A stretch of DNA of 64,000 bases from an uncultured Planctomycetota bacterium (GCA_963845755.1 CAWJTV010000041.1:480001-544000), one strand, 5' to 3'. Numbered from the stretch's first letter, positions 50,980-61,030 are shown. The notes: generated by a model from the sequence alone, not told the origin. Made by a program: numbers and translations.

Positions 50980-52006
50980 TCAGCCCGCTTCTCGATCACC
51001 CTCGTCTTCAACATCTCCACCCCCGCCGGGGCCATTTTCATCATCGGGCGCATTCTGAGTGTCTTTCGCATCGGCGGCCAGCCGGGCCTCGCGCAGGTCT
51101 TCGTCCTCCAGCGGGTCGTTGTTCATCATGATGCCGCCCATGATGCCGAACCCGCCGAAGAACCCCTGGTATTTCGGGATGGTCTTCCAGATCTTCACCT
51201 GGGACTCGTTCAAGAACGGGGCGACGAGACGATCGGAGATCGGAGGCAAGTAGTTATTATCGTTCATGAACATCTCGATCGACTGGTCCCAGGAGTCGTC
51301 CCAGTGGGCGCCCAGGGATTCGCTGATCTTGTCGCGCTGGTCGGGGCTGAGGATCATGTCGTGATCGAGACGGGCGACGAGGTTGCGGAGAGCGACCCGC
51401 TTTCGGGTGGCGATCCGCTTGGTGAGCTCGGCCTGGTATCGGGCGGCCTGCTCGGCGGGGAGCCGCGACTTGAGCGCCTCGAGCAGTCCTGTCTCGATCA
51501 ACCGACGCGGGTCGTTGGCCTGCGCGCTGGGTCATGGTCATGGGTCGGTTCATGGCCTCGACGTATTTCTTGGTCGCGTCGCGGAGGGTTTGCTCGGCGG
51601 CCTGGGCGATCGTCTTGCGCTGCTCGGGCGTGAGCTGGCAGGCCGCCCGGATCACATGGAATTCCGCCCGGATGATCGGCCGGAACTGCATCATCATCTG
51701 ATTGGCCTGCCCGCCCTGATTCACCACGAAAGCCATGGGCGCCGCGACTTTCGCCGCCACCGCAACGTCCCGGATCACCGTAAGCCGCCTCTTGGCCGCG
51801 GCGTCCGCGCCTTTGGGCCGCGGCGCGGATTTGTAAACCTTCACCTTCGGCGGCTTGCCCTCCGGCGTCCTGGCGGCCTGCGCCGGCGGTGGAATCGTCT
51901 TCGTGACTGCGGCCTCCTGGAGTTCGGCCAGGGCCAGCGCGGAGGACACGATCGCGACCGCGATGATCATGGACACCAGGGCTGGGAAGCGCCTCTTCAT
52001 CATCAT
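50980..52006 (-). CDS. Secreted helical LTxxQ-like protein, paralog 2 (most divergent); frameshift near 51520
   Basis: Signal peptide; CQLTPEQRKTI..AA, LKSRLPAEQAARY, LSPDQRDKI, PFLNESQ..IW. Confidence 0.68.
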
Positions 52007-52113
52007 ACTCGTGCCGCCGGTCAACAGGGCTTGAATCCATCGCGTCCGAGGATCGCCGGCGGGAACCGGCTCCTCATTACAGAGTACGAAGTCGAGCGGC
52101 CTCCGGCCATACT

Positions 52114-53021
52114 TCACCCGGGGAGAGCTCCGCGCCGATCCTGTTCGGGAAGGCCGTGGGCCGCGGCGCCGGCCGGCCGGCCCTCGTCCTCGGGCAGGTA
52201 GCCGCCCGCGATGATCTCCTGCTCGAGTCGCTTGACTTCTTCGAATCCGGCAAGCAGCCGGCGCCACTGGCGGTCGTCGAAGATCGGCTTGAGGGTCGTC
52301 TCCGGCAGTCGGGAGGCCTGGATCAACACCGCTTGAAAATCGTATCCCCCGTACCGTCTGAGGGGTGCGTTTGCTCAACGATCTGAATCACGAACTGCCG
52401 GCTCTGATCGTCGCTCAGCTTCAAGGTTCCGAGCCCGCCCACGACCGCCCATTCCACGCGGGATCGATAGAACTCCAACTGGTCCTTCTCGTACGTCTTG
52501 CGTTGCTCGGAGCGGAAGGTTGACTTGAGGGTCTTGACGAAGATCGATCCTTCGATGAAGAGCTTCTCGGGAAGGCCCTTCGTCTGATCTCGCACCTCTC
52601 TCATCGCCGTGAGGAGTCTTGCGGCATTGCCCGGCTCTCGGGCTCGCTGGAAGTCCTCCTCGAGGCGACGCAGGGTTACTTCTTTTTCTCGGATGCGCTC
52701 GAACAGCCGCTTGATGTCGCCGCGACCCGCAATCTCCAGCTTTTTCTTCTGCTCGGCAGTGAGCCCATAGACCTGATCAAGCCGGTTGATCTGCCAGGCG
52801 AGGCGTTTTTCGAGGCGTTCGCGGCTGACCTCGGTATCCGCGACGTCATCGGCCTCGACCGATTCGGCCACCAGGTCGTTCGCCCCGAATGCTCGCTCGA
52901 TGGCCCGCTGTGACTTTCTCGCGGGTTGGTCCGGATCTTGCTCCTGCGCGGCTGAGGCGGAATCGATGCCCGGGGGGAGCATCGTTGCGGCCCACATCAG
53001 AATTGAAAATCGTTGCCACAT
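52114..53021 (-). CDS. Secreted helical LTxxQ-like protein, paralog 3; frameshift near 52350
   Basis: YGLTAEQKKKLEIAGRGDIKR, SIFVKTLKST, FYRSRVEW; QASRLPETTLKPIFDDRQW in ORF 52114..52329. Confidence 0.78.
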
Positions 53022-53070
53022 ACGACTGACCCTCTGGAAGACGGCGCGCCGTGCCGCCTTGCGGGCTCGA

Positions 53071-53972
53071 TCAATCCCGTCTCGCTTGACTCGTTCCGCC
53101 GAGCTCGCCTGGTCGATGTCGGTCGGCCGCCGCGTTCGGTTTCGAATCGTCCGGCAATACCGCGGCTGGTCGGGCTTTCGGTTGACCCGGGGGGAGGTAG
53201 CCTTGCTGGGCGAGGAACTTCTCCTGCCGCCGCGCAAATCGAATTCCTGGCGGAGCAAGCCCCATTGGGCGTCGTCGAAGATCGTCTTGAGCCGGCCCTC
53301 GGGCAGCCGGGTCGCCTGGAACAGTAGGGCGAGTAAGTCGTACTTGCCGTATTTCTCCAGGGGACGCGTCTCTTCGACGATCGCGTCCACGAATCGTCGG
53401 CGCTGCTCGTCGCTCAATTGTAATCCGTGATGAATCTGGGGGACCATCCATTCGACGCGCGACCGATAGAAGGCCAACTGCTCCCGCTCGTGGCAGGCGC
53501 GTTGCTCGGTGGTCAAGGTCGACTTGAGGGTCTTGGCGAACAGCGATTCCCCGCCAAAGAGATCTAGTTGGACCTGATTGGGGAGGGGTCGAAGCTCTCT
53601 GGGGATGCGGATGAGGACTCCCTTGGAGCGATGGAGTATCGCCTTGGCCTGTTCCGCACGATCGAACAGCCGCTTGATGTCGCCCCGTCCGGCCACAGAC
53701 AGCTTCTTCTTCTGGTCCGGAGAGAGGCGGTACATCTGGTCGATCCGGCCGATTTCCCCGGCGAGGTCGGATTCGATCCGATTGCGAGCTGCGCCAGGGC
53801 CCCCGGGGCCGTAGATCCGTTGATCGAACGGGTCGTCCGTCATGGCCTCGTCCGGCTGCGCGGGTTGTTCCACTTTCGGCTCGGCCTCATCCTGGGCCCG
53901 GGCGGGCCGGTCCGTGCCGAGGAGTCCCAGCATCATCGGGACCAGGAACAGGAGCCTGTCTCGTCGCCACAT
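53071..53972 (-). CDS. Secreted helical LTxxQ-like protein, paralog 4; frameshift near 53235
   Basis: YRLSPDQKKKLSVAGRGDIKR, SLFAKTLKSTLTTEQ, EETRPLEKYG, QATRLPE..LKTIFDDAQW; GGGAGG RBS. Confidence 0.8.
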
Positions 53973-54042
53973 GGAGCCAACCTCCCTTGCTGTGCGTTCC
54001 GGGCGAGCCGTCGGGTCGGCTCCCCGCGCATGGGCCTGCTCC

Positions 54043-54981
54043 TCATCGGCGTGTTGACTCAATACGGACCGGTAAGGCCCGTCGGATCGGCGCCGGGCGA
54101 GCGATTTGATCGCCCACCGTCTTCCGTTTCGCGCCATCCCCCGCGCCGGGCTGATTCCCGTCCGCGCCGGCTCCGGCGAGGTAGCCGTTGGCGATGAGGA
54201 CCTTCTCGTAGGTTCGGGCTTCCAGGAACCGGTCATGGAGCAGGCGCATCTGGCCTGGGTTCAGGATCCGCGCGACCTTGGCCTCGGGCAGCCGCGACAC
54301 CTGGAACATCACCGCGTACGTATCATATTCCCCGTAGTATTTGAGCGGAGGGGTTTCCTCCACGATCAGGGTCACGAACCGGCGATGCTGCAGGCCGCTC
54401 AACCCGAGCCGCTCATCGTAGACAGAGACGACCGATTCGACTCGGGATCGATAGATCTCCTTCGCGCCCTTGCTGACTGGTTCGTTCGCCAAGGTCGTCT
54501 TCAATGTCTTGCCCAGCAGCGATCTGCCGTCGAACGGGTCCTCGTTCATCATCTTCACCTGCCAGGATCGCAAATCCCGGTACAAGGCAAGGAACTGGTC
54601 TCGGTTGTCCAGGACACGCTTCATCGCCGCTTTCTTCTCCTCGGTGAAATCGAGCAACCGCTGGATGTCACGCTTTCCCGCGAGTTCCAGCTTCTTCTTC
54701 TGCGCGGCATTGAGCCCATGCCTCTGGACGAGCTCGTGGATCCTGGTGGAGAGGGTTTCCTGGTATCGTCTTCGGGTCTGCTCGAGACCCCCCGTTCGTT
54801 TGTAAATCATCTGGTCGAACCACTGCTCGAACTGTTCGTCGGAAACGAACAAGGCGTTGCGCGGCTTTGCCGGCTGTTCCTCGTCCGCATCGGCGTCGCC
54901 CTGGGCCCGGGCAGGAGGTCCGTAGCCGGCGAATCCCAGCATCATCGTGGCCAGGAGTAGGACTCCGAATCGTCGCTTCAT
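54043..54981 (-). CDS. Secreted helical LTxxQ-like protein, paralog 5
   Basis: Signal peptide (ARAQ); GLNAAQKKKLELAGKRDIQR, SLLGKTLKTTL, EETPPLKYYG, QVSRLPEA. Confidence 0.82.
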   Translation of the reverse strand: MKRRFGVLLLATMMLGFAGYGPPARAQGDADADEEQPAKPRNALFVSDEQFEQWFDQMIYKRTGGLEQTRRRYQETLSTRIHELVQRHGLNAAQKKKLELAGKRDIQRLLDFTEEKKAAMKRVLDNRDQFLALYRDLRSWQVKMMNEDPFDGRSLLGKTLKTTLANEPVSKGAKEIYRSRVESVVSVYDERLGLSGLQHRRFVTLIVEETPPLKYYGEYDTYAVMFQVSRLPEAKVARILNPGQMRLLHDRFLEARTYEKVLIANGYLAGAGADGNQPGAGDGAKRKTVGDQIARPAPIRRALPVRIESTRR

Positions 54982-55110
54982 GACACTGCCCTCATGCGAC
55001 CGTCGGTCACGAGCCCGCGGGCCCGGAGAGGAGCGAAAGACACCCTCCTCGGAGTGGAGAGCGACGATTCACCAGGGAACGTGAGTTCCGTCTCGGCCAC
55101 CCGGGGAAGA

Positions 55111-55953
55111 TCAATTCCGCACGCGCGAGGTATAGCCGCGCTCGACCAGGACGTTTTCCATCCGCCTGGCCCGTTCGAATCGCTCGCTGAGCCGGCGCCA
55201 TTGGGCGTCGTCGAAGATCGGCTTGAGCTGGGCCTCGGGCAACCGGGAGGCTTGCAACAAGATCGCGTCCTCGTCGAGTTCGCCGTATTTTTCGAGGGGA
55301 CGGGTTTCCTTGGCGATCACGTCCAGGAGACGCCGATGTTGCTCCCGGCTCAATCGGAGCTCGCGGCTCAGGGGAAAGAGCACCCAGTTCACGCGTGTCC
55401 GATACGTGGCGACACGGTCCCTTTCCTCGTATCGGGCGCGTTGCTCGGGGGTTAATATCCTCTTGAGCGTCTTGGCGAAGAGCGAGTCGTCCTCGAAGTG
55501 GTTTCGAAGGTACTCCTGACGAAGCGCTAGCAGAACGCGGCGATTCACGTTGACGACGACGTGGTCTTCCTCGGGGTGATCGAACCGTTTCTTCATCTCG
55601 AAGCACCGATCAAGGAACCGCTTGATCTCGCCGCGCCCGGCCAGTTCGAGTTTCTTCTCTTGCTCGGCAGTGAGATCGTACATCTGGTCGACCTGATCGA
55701 TCACCCGGATGAGCCGCGATTCGAGATGATCCCGGATCGCTTCGGTATCCATATCCAAGCTCGCGCGGTCCACCGGATCGACGACCCGCCGAACTTCGAG
55801 CAGCACCGGTCCAGGCGGCCGCGGTTGTACCCCTGCCCCGGGTGGAGCGAAGGCCTCGGCAGGGTTGGCCTGCGCGCGGGCGGGCTGGGCCATTCCGACG
55901 ACCCCCAGCACGAACGCCGTACCGGCGAGTACACGAGAGGAGATTCGCCCCAT
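55111..55953 (-). CDS. Secreted helical LTxxQ-like protein, paralog 6
   Basis: Signal peptide (ARAQ); YDLTAEQEKKLELAGRGEIKR, SLFAKTLKRILTPEQ, QASRLPEAQLKPIFDDAQW; GGGAGG RBS. Confidence 0.82.
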   Translation of the reverse strand: MGRISSRVLAGTAFVLGVVGMAQPARAQANPAEAFAPPGAGVQPRPPGPVLLEVRRVVDPVDRASLDMDTEAIRDHLESRLIRVIDQVDQMYDLTAEQEKKLELAGRGEIKRFLDRCFEMKKRFDHPEEDHVVVNVNRRVLLALRQEYLRNHFEDDSLFAKTLKRILTPEQRARYEERDRVATYRTRVNWVLFPLSRELRLSREQHRRLLDVIAKETRPLEKYGELDEDAILLQASRLPEAQLKPIFDDAQWRRLSERFERARRMENVLVERGYTSRVRN

Positions 55954-56007
55954 GAGCAACCTCCCTGGGATCGCGGTCGTGTGAACGATGAGAGGTTCCG
56001 GAGCCCA

Positions 56008-56069
56008 GTAGGGTGGGTGAAACCCCACCAAAGAATCGGCCCGATTCCGGTGGGTTTCACCCACCCTAC
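56008..56069. repeat. GTAG-family REPIN, same family as 29472
   Basis: GTAGGGTGGGTGAAACCCCACC ... GGTGGGTTTCACCCACCCTAC. Confidence 0.88.
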
Positions 56070-56099
56070 AAAGGCGGGATGCCGTCCTCGGACTGCTGC

Positions 56100-59000
56100 T
56101 TATTGACCACCGGCGCCCTTTTCGAGCCGGTTGAAATACTCATCCAGGCCGGCGCGGAATTCTTCGGGCAAGGACGGGCCCGACTCGCCGGTGGCCTGGG
56201 TGACTCCGCGGTCCTCGCGGACCTCCTTCTCGTTGACGCCGCCGCCCACGAGCGCGAGGGCCGAGTCGTGGGTCGTGCCGGTGCCGCCGCCGCCGGGGTT
56301 CGCACCGCCGCCGCCGCCACCCTTGGGATTGATCCGCTTGGACTGGAGGAGCAGCTCGATGGCTTCGGTCTCGGCACCGATGGCAGGGCTGCCGGTCTCC
56401 GGCCGGGCCAGGATCTCGGACGCCTCGCCCATGACCTCGGCGACCAGCGTGAGCAAGCCGATCTCCTTGGGGAACTCCTGCTCGCCGTCGGGCAATTCGC
56501 GGATCTTCTGCGTGACTTTCTCGGTGCGATCCTTGATGCCGTTCTGCGACTCCGAGAGCTTGCCTGCCTGGCGCTTGTGCTCCTCGGCCTTGACCGCGGG
56601 GCGGGCCTGCTCGGCGACGCGGGTCTCCTCGCGGAGGTTGACTTCCGCCTCGAGGATCTGGAGGACTTCCAGCACGATCGAGGGGGGCAGGCTGGCCTTC
56701 GACTTGCCGCCGGGGCATTGCCCGCTGCACGCCGGGTTGACCAGGTCTTCGGCCCAGCGGTCCAGAGTGTCGGACCAGAATTCGCACTGGGCGATCGACA
56801 CTCCATGCTCCTTCTTGATGTCGTCGCCGAGTTGCCGGAGGCCGCCGATGACGTCCTCTTTCCGCATCTCGTCCAACACGGTCCTGAAGCGGATGAACTG
56901 CCGGCGCTCGAAGTAGGACTGCATGTCGTCCATGATCAGCGAGACGTCGTGGCTCCCCTTGCCTTCCAGGTCGGCCATCTCGCCCAGGACTTTCCACGCC
57001 GGTGCGCCGACGGTCTGTCCCGCGGCACCGAAGGTTTCCCCGATCTGGTCGGAGATCCGGCCACCGATCTTGTACTGGACCCGAGAAGCCGCCTTCAATC
57101 GCTTGACCAGCGTGCTCCCCTCCAGGTTGGCCAGGACGCGGTTGAGCTCGTCGGCGACCTTCTCGAACTCCGCCAGCAGGTCGCGCTGCTGCTTGAGGGC
57201 CTGATCCAGTTTCTCCTCCTCGGGATTGTCCGGTGGCGGAGGGCCCTTGGGATCCTGGGGCTTACCCATGAGAGTCGTCACGGGCAGCCGCTGGGGCGGC
57301 GAGCCCCCCTTGCTCTTGCCGGGCTTCCCTTCGAGTGGCTTGTCGGGAGGCGAGTTCTGGGACGATTCCATGTCGACCACGCGGGGGATGACGGGCTGGT
57401 CCGTCTTCGCCTTCGGATCGCCTTCCTTGGGCTGCCCGGTCCCGGAGGCTCGGATCTGGCCAGCCATCTTCGTGGGGCTGGCCGGCGGAGGGGTCGCCGC
57501 GATCTTCGTCGGCGCCTGGGCGGCCTGCTTGAGCAGGTCGGAGACCGAAGGCATCCGGTTGCCGGCGATGTCCTTGAGGATCTGGAGCATCTCGGCCCAC
57601 TTCTCCAGGTGGCCGACGCCGAACTCGGGGTTCCGCATCGCCTGGCGGACCAGGTCGTCGCCCGAGACGACCAGGCCCGAAAGCCGGCGCCCGTTCTGGC
57701 GCTCGGCCGATGACTGGTTCTCGATGCGACGGCGGGTCTCGGGCCGGTCCAGCTCCTCGGAGTTCATGGCACGCAGTTGCTTGTTAGTCTCGTGGAGCTG
57801 AAGCTCCCGATCGCGGACGTCGATCGCCTGGCGATGCCAGCGGCTGAGTTGCTCGGTCAGCCAGATGGCGTGCTGCTCGGGGGTGAGCACGAAGAAGGTG
57901 TAGGGTGCCGAATACACCCGCTCGCGGCCGGGGAGATAATCCTCGACGAACATCCGGACCTGCACCGGCTGGGGCTCGATGCCCAGCGACTTGGCCGAGA
58001 ACGTGCCGCCGACCTGCATCGACTCCTTCTCGTGGTCGCCCGCCGCCAGGATCCGCTCGCCCTTGGCCGGCTTCGAAACGGCCGGATCGTCCACGCCCTC
58101 CCAGACCATGCCGACGCGCCGGATGCCGAAATCGTCCTGGGCCCGGATCGTGAAGCCGAGCTGCTCCGAGTCGAGCACGACTTTCTGCCGCGGCAGCTCT
58201 TCGCAGGTGAGGCTCGGGGCCTCGTCCTCGCGGCCGTTGATGGCCAGGCTGAACGGTTCCTTCCCTTCCAGCCCGTAGGTGTCCCGCCAGCGGAACTCCA
58301 TCTTGCGCGGGCCTTTGACCGTCGTCGCCGGGCTGGTGATCGTCGCGCCGGCGGGATTCCGGGACTGGCCGTCGACCTGGGCGGACTTCAGCTCGCGGGT
58401 CGCCGTGGCGGCGAACGTGGCCTGGCTTCCCTCGACCAGCGAGATCGCCCCGCCGCGCACGTCCTTCTGGAGGTCGCCGGGGCGACCGAGATACGCCGGG
58501 AGGCTCACGCCCGCGACGATCGACGACAGCTCGGGCCGCAGTGTCGGCTCGACGTACACCTTCTGCCAGGCGTCGCCGATCCGGACCATCAGCCAGCCGG
58601 GATCGATCTGCGAGGGGAGCTCGAACTCATAGCGGCCGTCGCGGAGCGTGGCGGCCACCGCGGGCTGGCCGTCGAACTGGGCCTCCCCCTTGCTGGGCTG
58701 CCAGACGGTATCCTCGGCCAGCCGCGCCGTGACCGTGAACGGTTCGCCGTGCGCGACGACCATCCGGTCGCTCAAGGGCTCGAGCGCCGCGAACGTATAG
58801 CGGGGCGTACTGCCCCAGGGCGACAGCAGCCGCGCCCAGGCGCTGCGAGCCGCCGCCGGGAACGCCAGGGCCAGCGCCAGCGTCAGGACGACGGGCACGG
58901 CCGCGATCCCCATCCACAGCCGATGGCGCGGGGCCGGCACCGCATCGGAGAAGTCCCGCCGCTGCGCGTCCTGGGCCACTTCCCGGACCGCCGCCTCGCA

Positions 59001-59387
59001 CAACGCCAGCGATCGCGATTGCTCGAAATCGTTCCGGACCAGTTCGATGATCCCCAGCAACTGGTCGCCGACCTGCGGATGCTTCCGGCTCAAGAGCCGC
59101 GCGAGCTGCTCCAGCTTGCGGTTCCGCCAGATCCACCGGTGCACGGCCATCGGCACCTTCGCGAAGCCGACCACGGCTGCGACGAACAACACGGCACGCA
59201 ACCAGACCGGCGTGTCCCACGCGCGATCCAGCAGGAACATCAGCAGGTAGGCGGCCACGATCGCGAAGACCGCCACGCAGGCGGCCTCCACCATCTTGAT
59301 GACCCATACCCGGCGGCGGAACTCGTGCAACTGCTTCTGCAGCGCCTCGGGCAGTTGCAGCCGTTCATGCGTATACGCGAGGCTCAT
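56100..59387 (-). CDS. Large membrane-anchored coiled-coil protein (DUF4175-like) of BatA/vWA operons
   Basis: Three N-terminal TM helices, beta-rich middle with AQDDFGI, long coiled coil, C-terminal LPEEFR..LDEYF..L. Confidence 0.8.
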   Translation of the reverse strand: MSLAYTHERLQLPEALQKQLHEFRRRVWVIKMVEAACVAVFAIVAAYLLMFLLDRAWDTPVWLRAVLFVAAVVGFAKVPMAVHRWIWRNRKLEQLARLLSRKHPQVGDQLLGIIELVRNDFEQSRSLALCEAAVREVAQDAQRRDFSDAVPAPRHRLWMGIAAVPVVLTLALALAFPAAARSAWARLLSPWGSTPRYTFAALEPLSDRMVVAHGEPFTVTARLAEDTVWQPSKGEAQFDGQPAVAATLRDGRYEFELPSQIDPGWLMVRIGDAWQKVYVEPTLRPELSSIVAGVSLPAYLGRPGDLQKDVRGGAISLVEGSQATFAATATRELKSAQVDGQSRNPAGATITSPATTVKGPRKMEFRWRDTYGLEGKEPFSLAINGREDEAPSLTCEELPRQKVVLDSEQLGFTIRAQDDFGIRRVGMVWEGVDDPAVSKPAKGERILAAGDHEKESMQVGGTFSAKSLGIEPQPVQVRMFVEDYLPGRERVYSAPYTFFVLTPEQHAIWLTEQLSRWHRQAIDVRDRELQLHETNKQLRAMNSEELDRPETRRRIENQSSAERQNGRRLSGLVVSGDDLVRQAMRNPEFGVGHLEKWAEMLQILKDIAGNRMPSVSDLLKQAAQAPTKIAATPPPASPTKMAGQIRASGTGQPKEGDPKAKTDQPVIPRVVDMESSQNSPPDKPLEGKPGKSKGGSPPQRLPVTTLMGKPQDPKGPPPPDNPEEEKLDQALKQQRDLLAEFEKVADELNRVLANLEGSTLVKRLKAASRVQYKIGGRISDQIGETFGAAGQTVGAPAWKVLGEMADLEGKGSHDVSLIMDDMQSYFERRQFIRFRTVLDEMRKEDVIGGLRQLGDDIKKEHGVSIAQCEFWSDTLDRWAEDLVNPACSGQCPGGKSKASLPPSIVLEVLQILEAEVNLREETRVAEQARPAVKAEEHKRQAGKLSESQNGIKDRTEKVTQKIRELPDGEQEFPKEIGLLTLVAEVMGEASEILARPETGSPAIGAETEAIELLLQSKRINPKGGGGGGANPGGGGTGTTHDSALALVGGGVNEKEVREDRGVTQATGESGPSLPEEFRAGLDEYFNRLEKGAGGQ

Positions 59388-59415
59388 GGATACCTCACAG
59401 TCCACTGGGTCACAC

Positions 59416-59474
59416 GTAGGTCAGGCTTTCCAGCCTGACAACCATCGAGCGTCAGGCTGGAAGGCCTGATCTAC
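59416..59474. repeat. GTAG-family REPIN, third subtype
   Basis: GTAGGTCAGGCTTTCCAGCCTGAC ... GTCAGGCTGGAAGGCCTGATCTAC. Confidence 0.85.
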
Positions 59475-59487
59475 CTTGGAACGTCAA

Positions 59488-59580
59488 CGACGCCTGTCCG
59501 AATCCCCCTACTATACAAGACCGATCACCTTCCGGCCTACCCAGAAGACTCTCAAGGGGTCCGAATAGGCCTGCTCCGAG
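59488..59580 (-). repeat. Orphan copy of the 3' end of the vWA/GATase gene (direct repeat of 61008-61099)
   Basis: 59488-59546 vs 61008-61066 match at 54/59 (offset 1520 bp); reads LGAGLFG..LRVFWVGRKVIGLV* vs the gene's LGAALIGLLGVFWVGRKVIGLV*. Confidence 0.9.
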
Positions 59581-59610
59581 TCTCGCTGGTCTCTTCGATT
59601 TGGGAGCGGT

Positions 59611-59985
59611 TCATTTGGATACTGACGCCAAGTTATTGTTCTGCATGTGAGCAGGACGGTACCCGGGGAGGGCGGAACCCAAACTCTTCATTTCTGGGTA
59701 TGCTTCCAGAGCCTCCCAGGCCCGAGCTTCAAACTCCTCCTTGGACGACCAAGCAGGCATGAAGGGAGGAAATGGTGGTTCGCTAAGCCAGGCGATGTAA
59801 TCAGGAAGAGTACGTTGAGCGGCGAGTTGGAATGGTTGCATGGTGGTCGGGAAGATGTCGTTGTCCCGGAGCCATCGCGTAGCGGGACCCATCTCCCGAT
59901 CGCCATCGGAAGCACGATAGACATCGTAGCAGTAATAACGGACGAAGTTTAATTCGTTCTCGGTGAGAGTGAACGAGGTTGACAC
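59611..59985 (-). CDS. Hypothetical protein, second gene of the cassette
   Basis: GTG start with GAGGAGG RBS directly after the upstream stop; lower GC. Confidence 0.68.
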   Translation of the reverse strand: MSTSFTLTENELNFVRYYCYDVYRASDGDREMGPATRWLRDNDIFPTTMQPFQLAAQRTLPDYIAWLSEPPFPPFMPAWSSKEEFEARAWEALEAYPEMKSLGSALPGYRPAHMQNNNLASVSK

Positions 59986-60001
59986 TCGTGCCTCCTCTTC
60001 G

Positions 60002-60340
60002 TCAAACGTTGATTTGGGGCCAATACCCTGATCGGAACATTCTTGCCCGGTCCTGATCCCTCGGATCGGTGAGGAAAGACGCCAAGTCTGGGTAGCCTTG
60101 AGATGCGTTTGTGGCCCATCGTTCGGCCCCAGCAACAGGGCGTATGACGGGGATGGTCTCCTCAGGAGCCTTGACGACATTTCTCTTAATCCAAAACACC
60201 GGACGCCGACATTCATGATTTGGACAATCCATCGCCAACCGACCAGCCCCGATCTCTCCTTTTAATGGCTCAAGATACCATTCGATGAACCAATCCTCGA
60301 ATTTTACGTTGCACCAGGGACATGTTTCTCCGTGTGGCAT
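60002..60340 (-). CDS. Hypothetical Cys-rich (putative Zn-binding) protein, first gene of the cassette
   Basis: CPWC ... CPNHEC; lower GC; coupled to the downstream gene. Confidence 0.65.
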   Translation of the reverse strand: MPHGETCPWCNVKFEDWFIEWYLEPLKGEIGAGRLAMDCPNHECRRPVFWIKRNVVKAPEETIPVIRPVAGAERWATNASQGYPDLASFLTDPRDQDRARMFRSGYWPQINV

Positions 60341-60407
60341 CGCAACCCGGATGTATCTATGGGTCAAACGCGGTCGGCCAACTTTCTCGAGCCCCTCGAT
60401 TTCCGTG

Positions 60408-60455
60408 GTCCAAACCCTTCTACTCTTACGAGACCGAAGACCTTTCCAGACCAAA
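60408..60455 (-). repeat. Degenerate third copy of the same gene 3' end
   Basis: Minus strand CTTTGGTCTGGAAAGGTCTTCGGTCTCGTAAGAGTAGAAGGGTTTGGAC (LWSG-KVFGLV) aligns with TTCTGGGTAGGCCGGAAGGTCATCGGTCTTGTATAGTGGAGGGGCTCGGAC. Confidence 0.6.
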
Positions 60456-60482
60456 GGCGGGCCGGATCCGTCACAGCCAAGG

Positions 60483-60701
60483 TCACGCGTAGAGTAAGCG
60501 ACCTCGCGGCTTGGGGATCGGCCGGCCCAATTCCTTGGCCGTCTCGATCCACTCGCTGATGATGAGCTCCACCGCGTCGAGAGCCCCCCGGTAAGAGGCA
60601 CCATCGGCGGCACATCCGGGCAACTCAGGGACTTCGGCGAGGAATGCCTGATCTGCTTCGCTCCAGTAAATAATGATCTCGTAACGTGGGTTATCGGGCA
60701 T
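60483..60701 (-). CDS. hicB: HicB family antitoxin (short form)
   Basis: YEIIIYWSEADQAFLAEVPELPGCAADG.SY..AL..WIETAKELGRPIPKP. Confidence 0.92.
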   Translation of the reverse strand: MPDNPRYEIIIYWSEADQAFLAEVPELPGCAADGASYRGALDAVELIISEWIETAKELGRPIPKPRGRLLYA

Positions 60702-60938
60702 CTGACTCCTCCGCCAATCGATACCGGATGATCACGTCCCGGACCTGTCTGACCTGATACGCCTTGGCCAGAGAGTCTCGCGGCTGAAGGTTCAGGATCT
60801 CCTCAACGCCGTCGCGCGTGAAGATGTGGTGGTCGCCTCGAATGCGCACCTCAAAGCCAAGACGCTCCAACAACTGACACAGGTCGCCGAATCGGATGTT
60901 CCACGGAGAACTCGGGCGAGCGTTTTCGACCAACTCAT
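60691..60938 (-). pseudogene. hicA: HicA family toxin, frameshifted near 60890-60903
   Basis: MSWSKTLARVLRGTSD in one frame; NIRFGDLCQLLERLGFEVRIRGDHHIF..NLQP..AKAYQVRQVR in another. Confidence 0.85.
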
Positions 60939-61030
60939 CGCGGCCGAACCTCCAAGATGAGTCACCCGAGTTCTGCTCGTCAGTCTGGAAAACCCGACCG
61001 ACTTCGCCGACGCCTGTCCGAGCCCCTCCA

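Noticed and set aside
52323..54236. 637-aa ORF as one two-repeat protein
   Set aside because: It contains a second signal peptide at 53021, and the proper C-terminus of the first unit lies in another frame ending at 53071; these are two genes joined by an indel.
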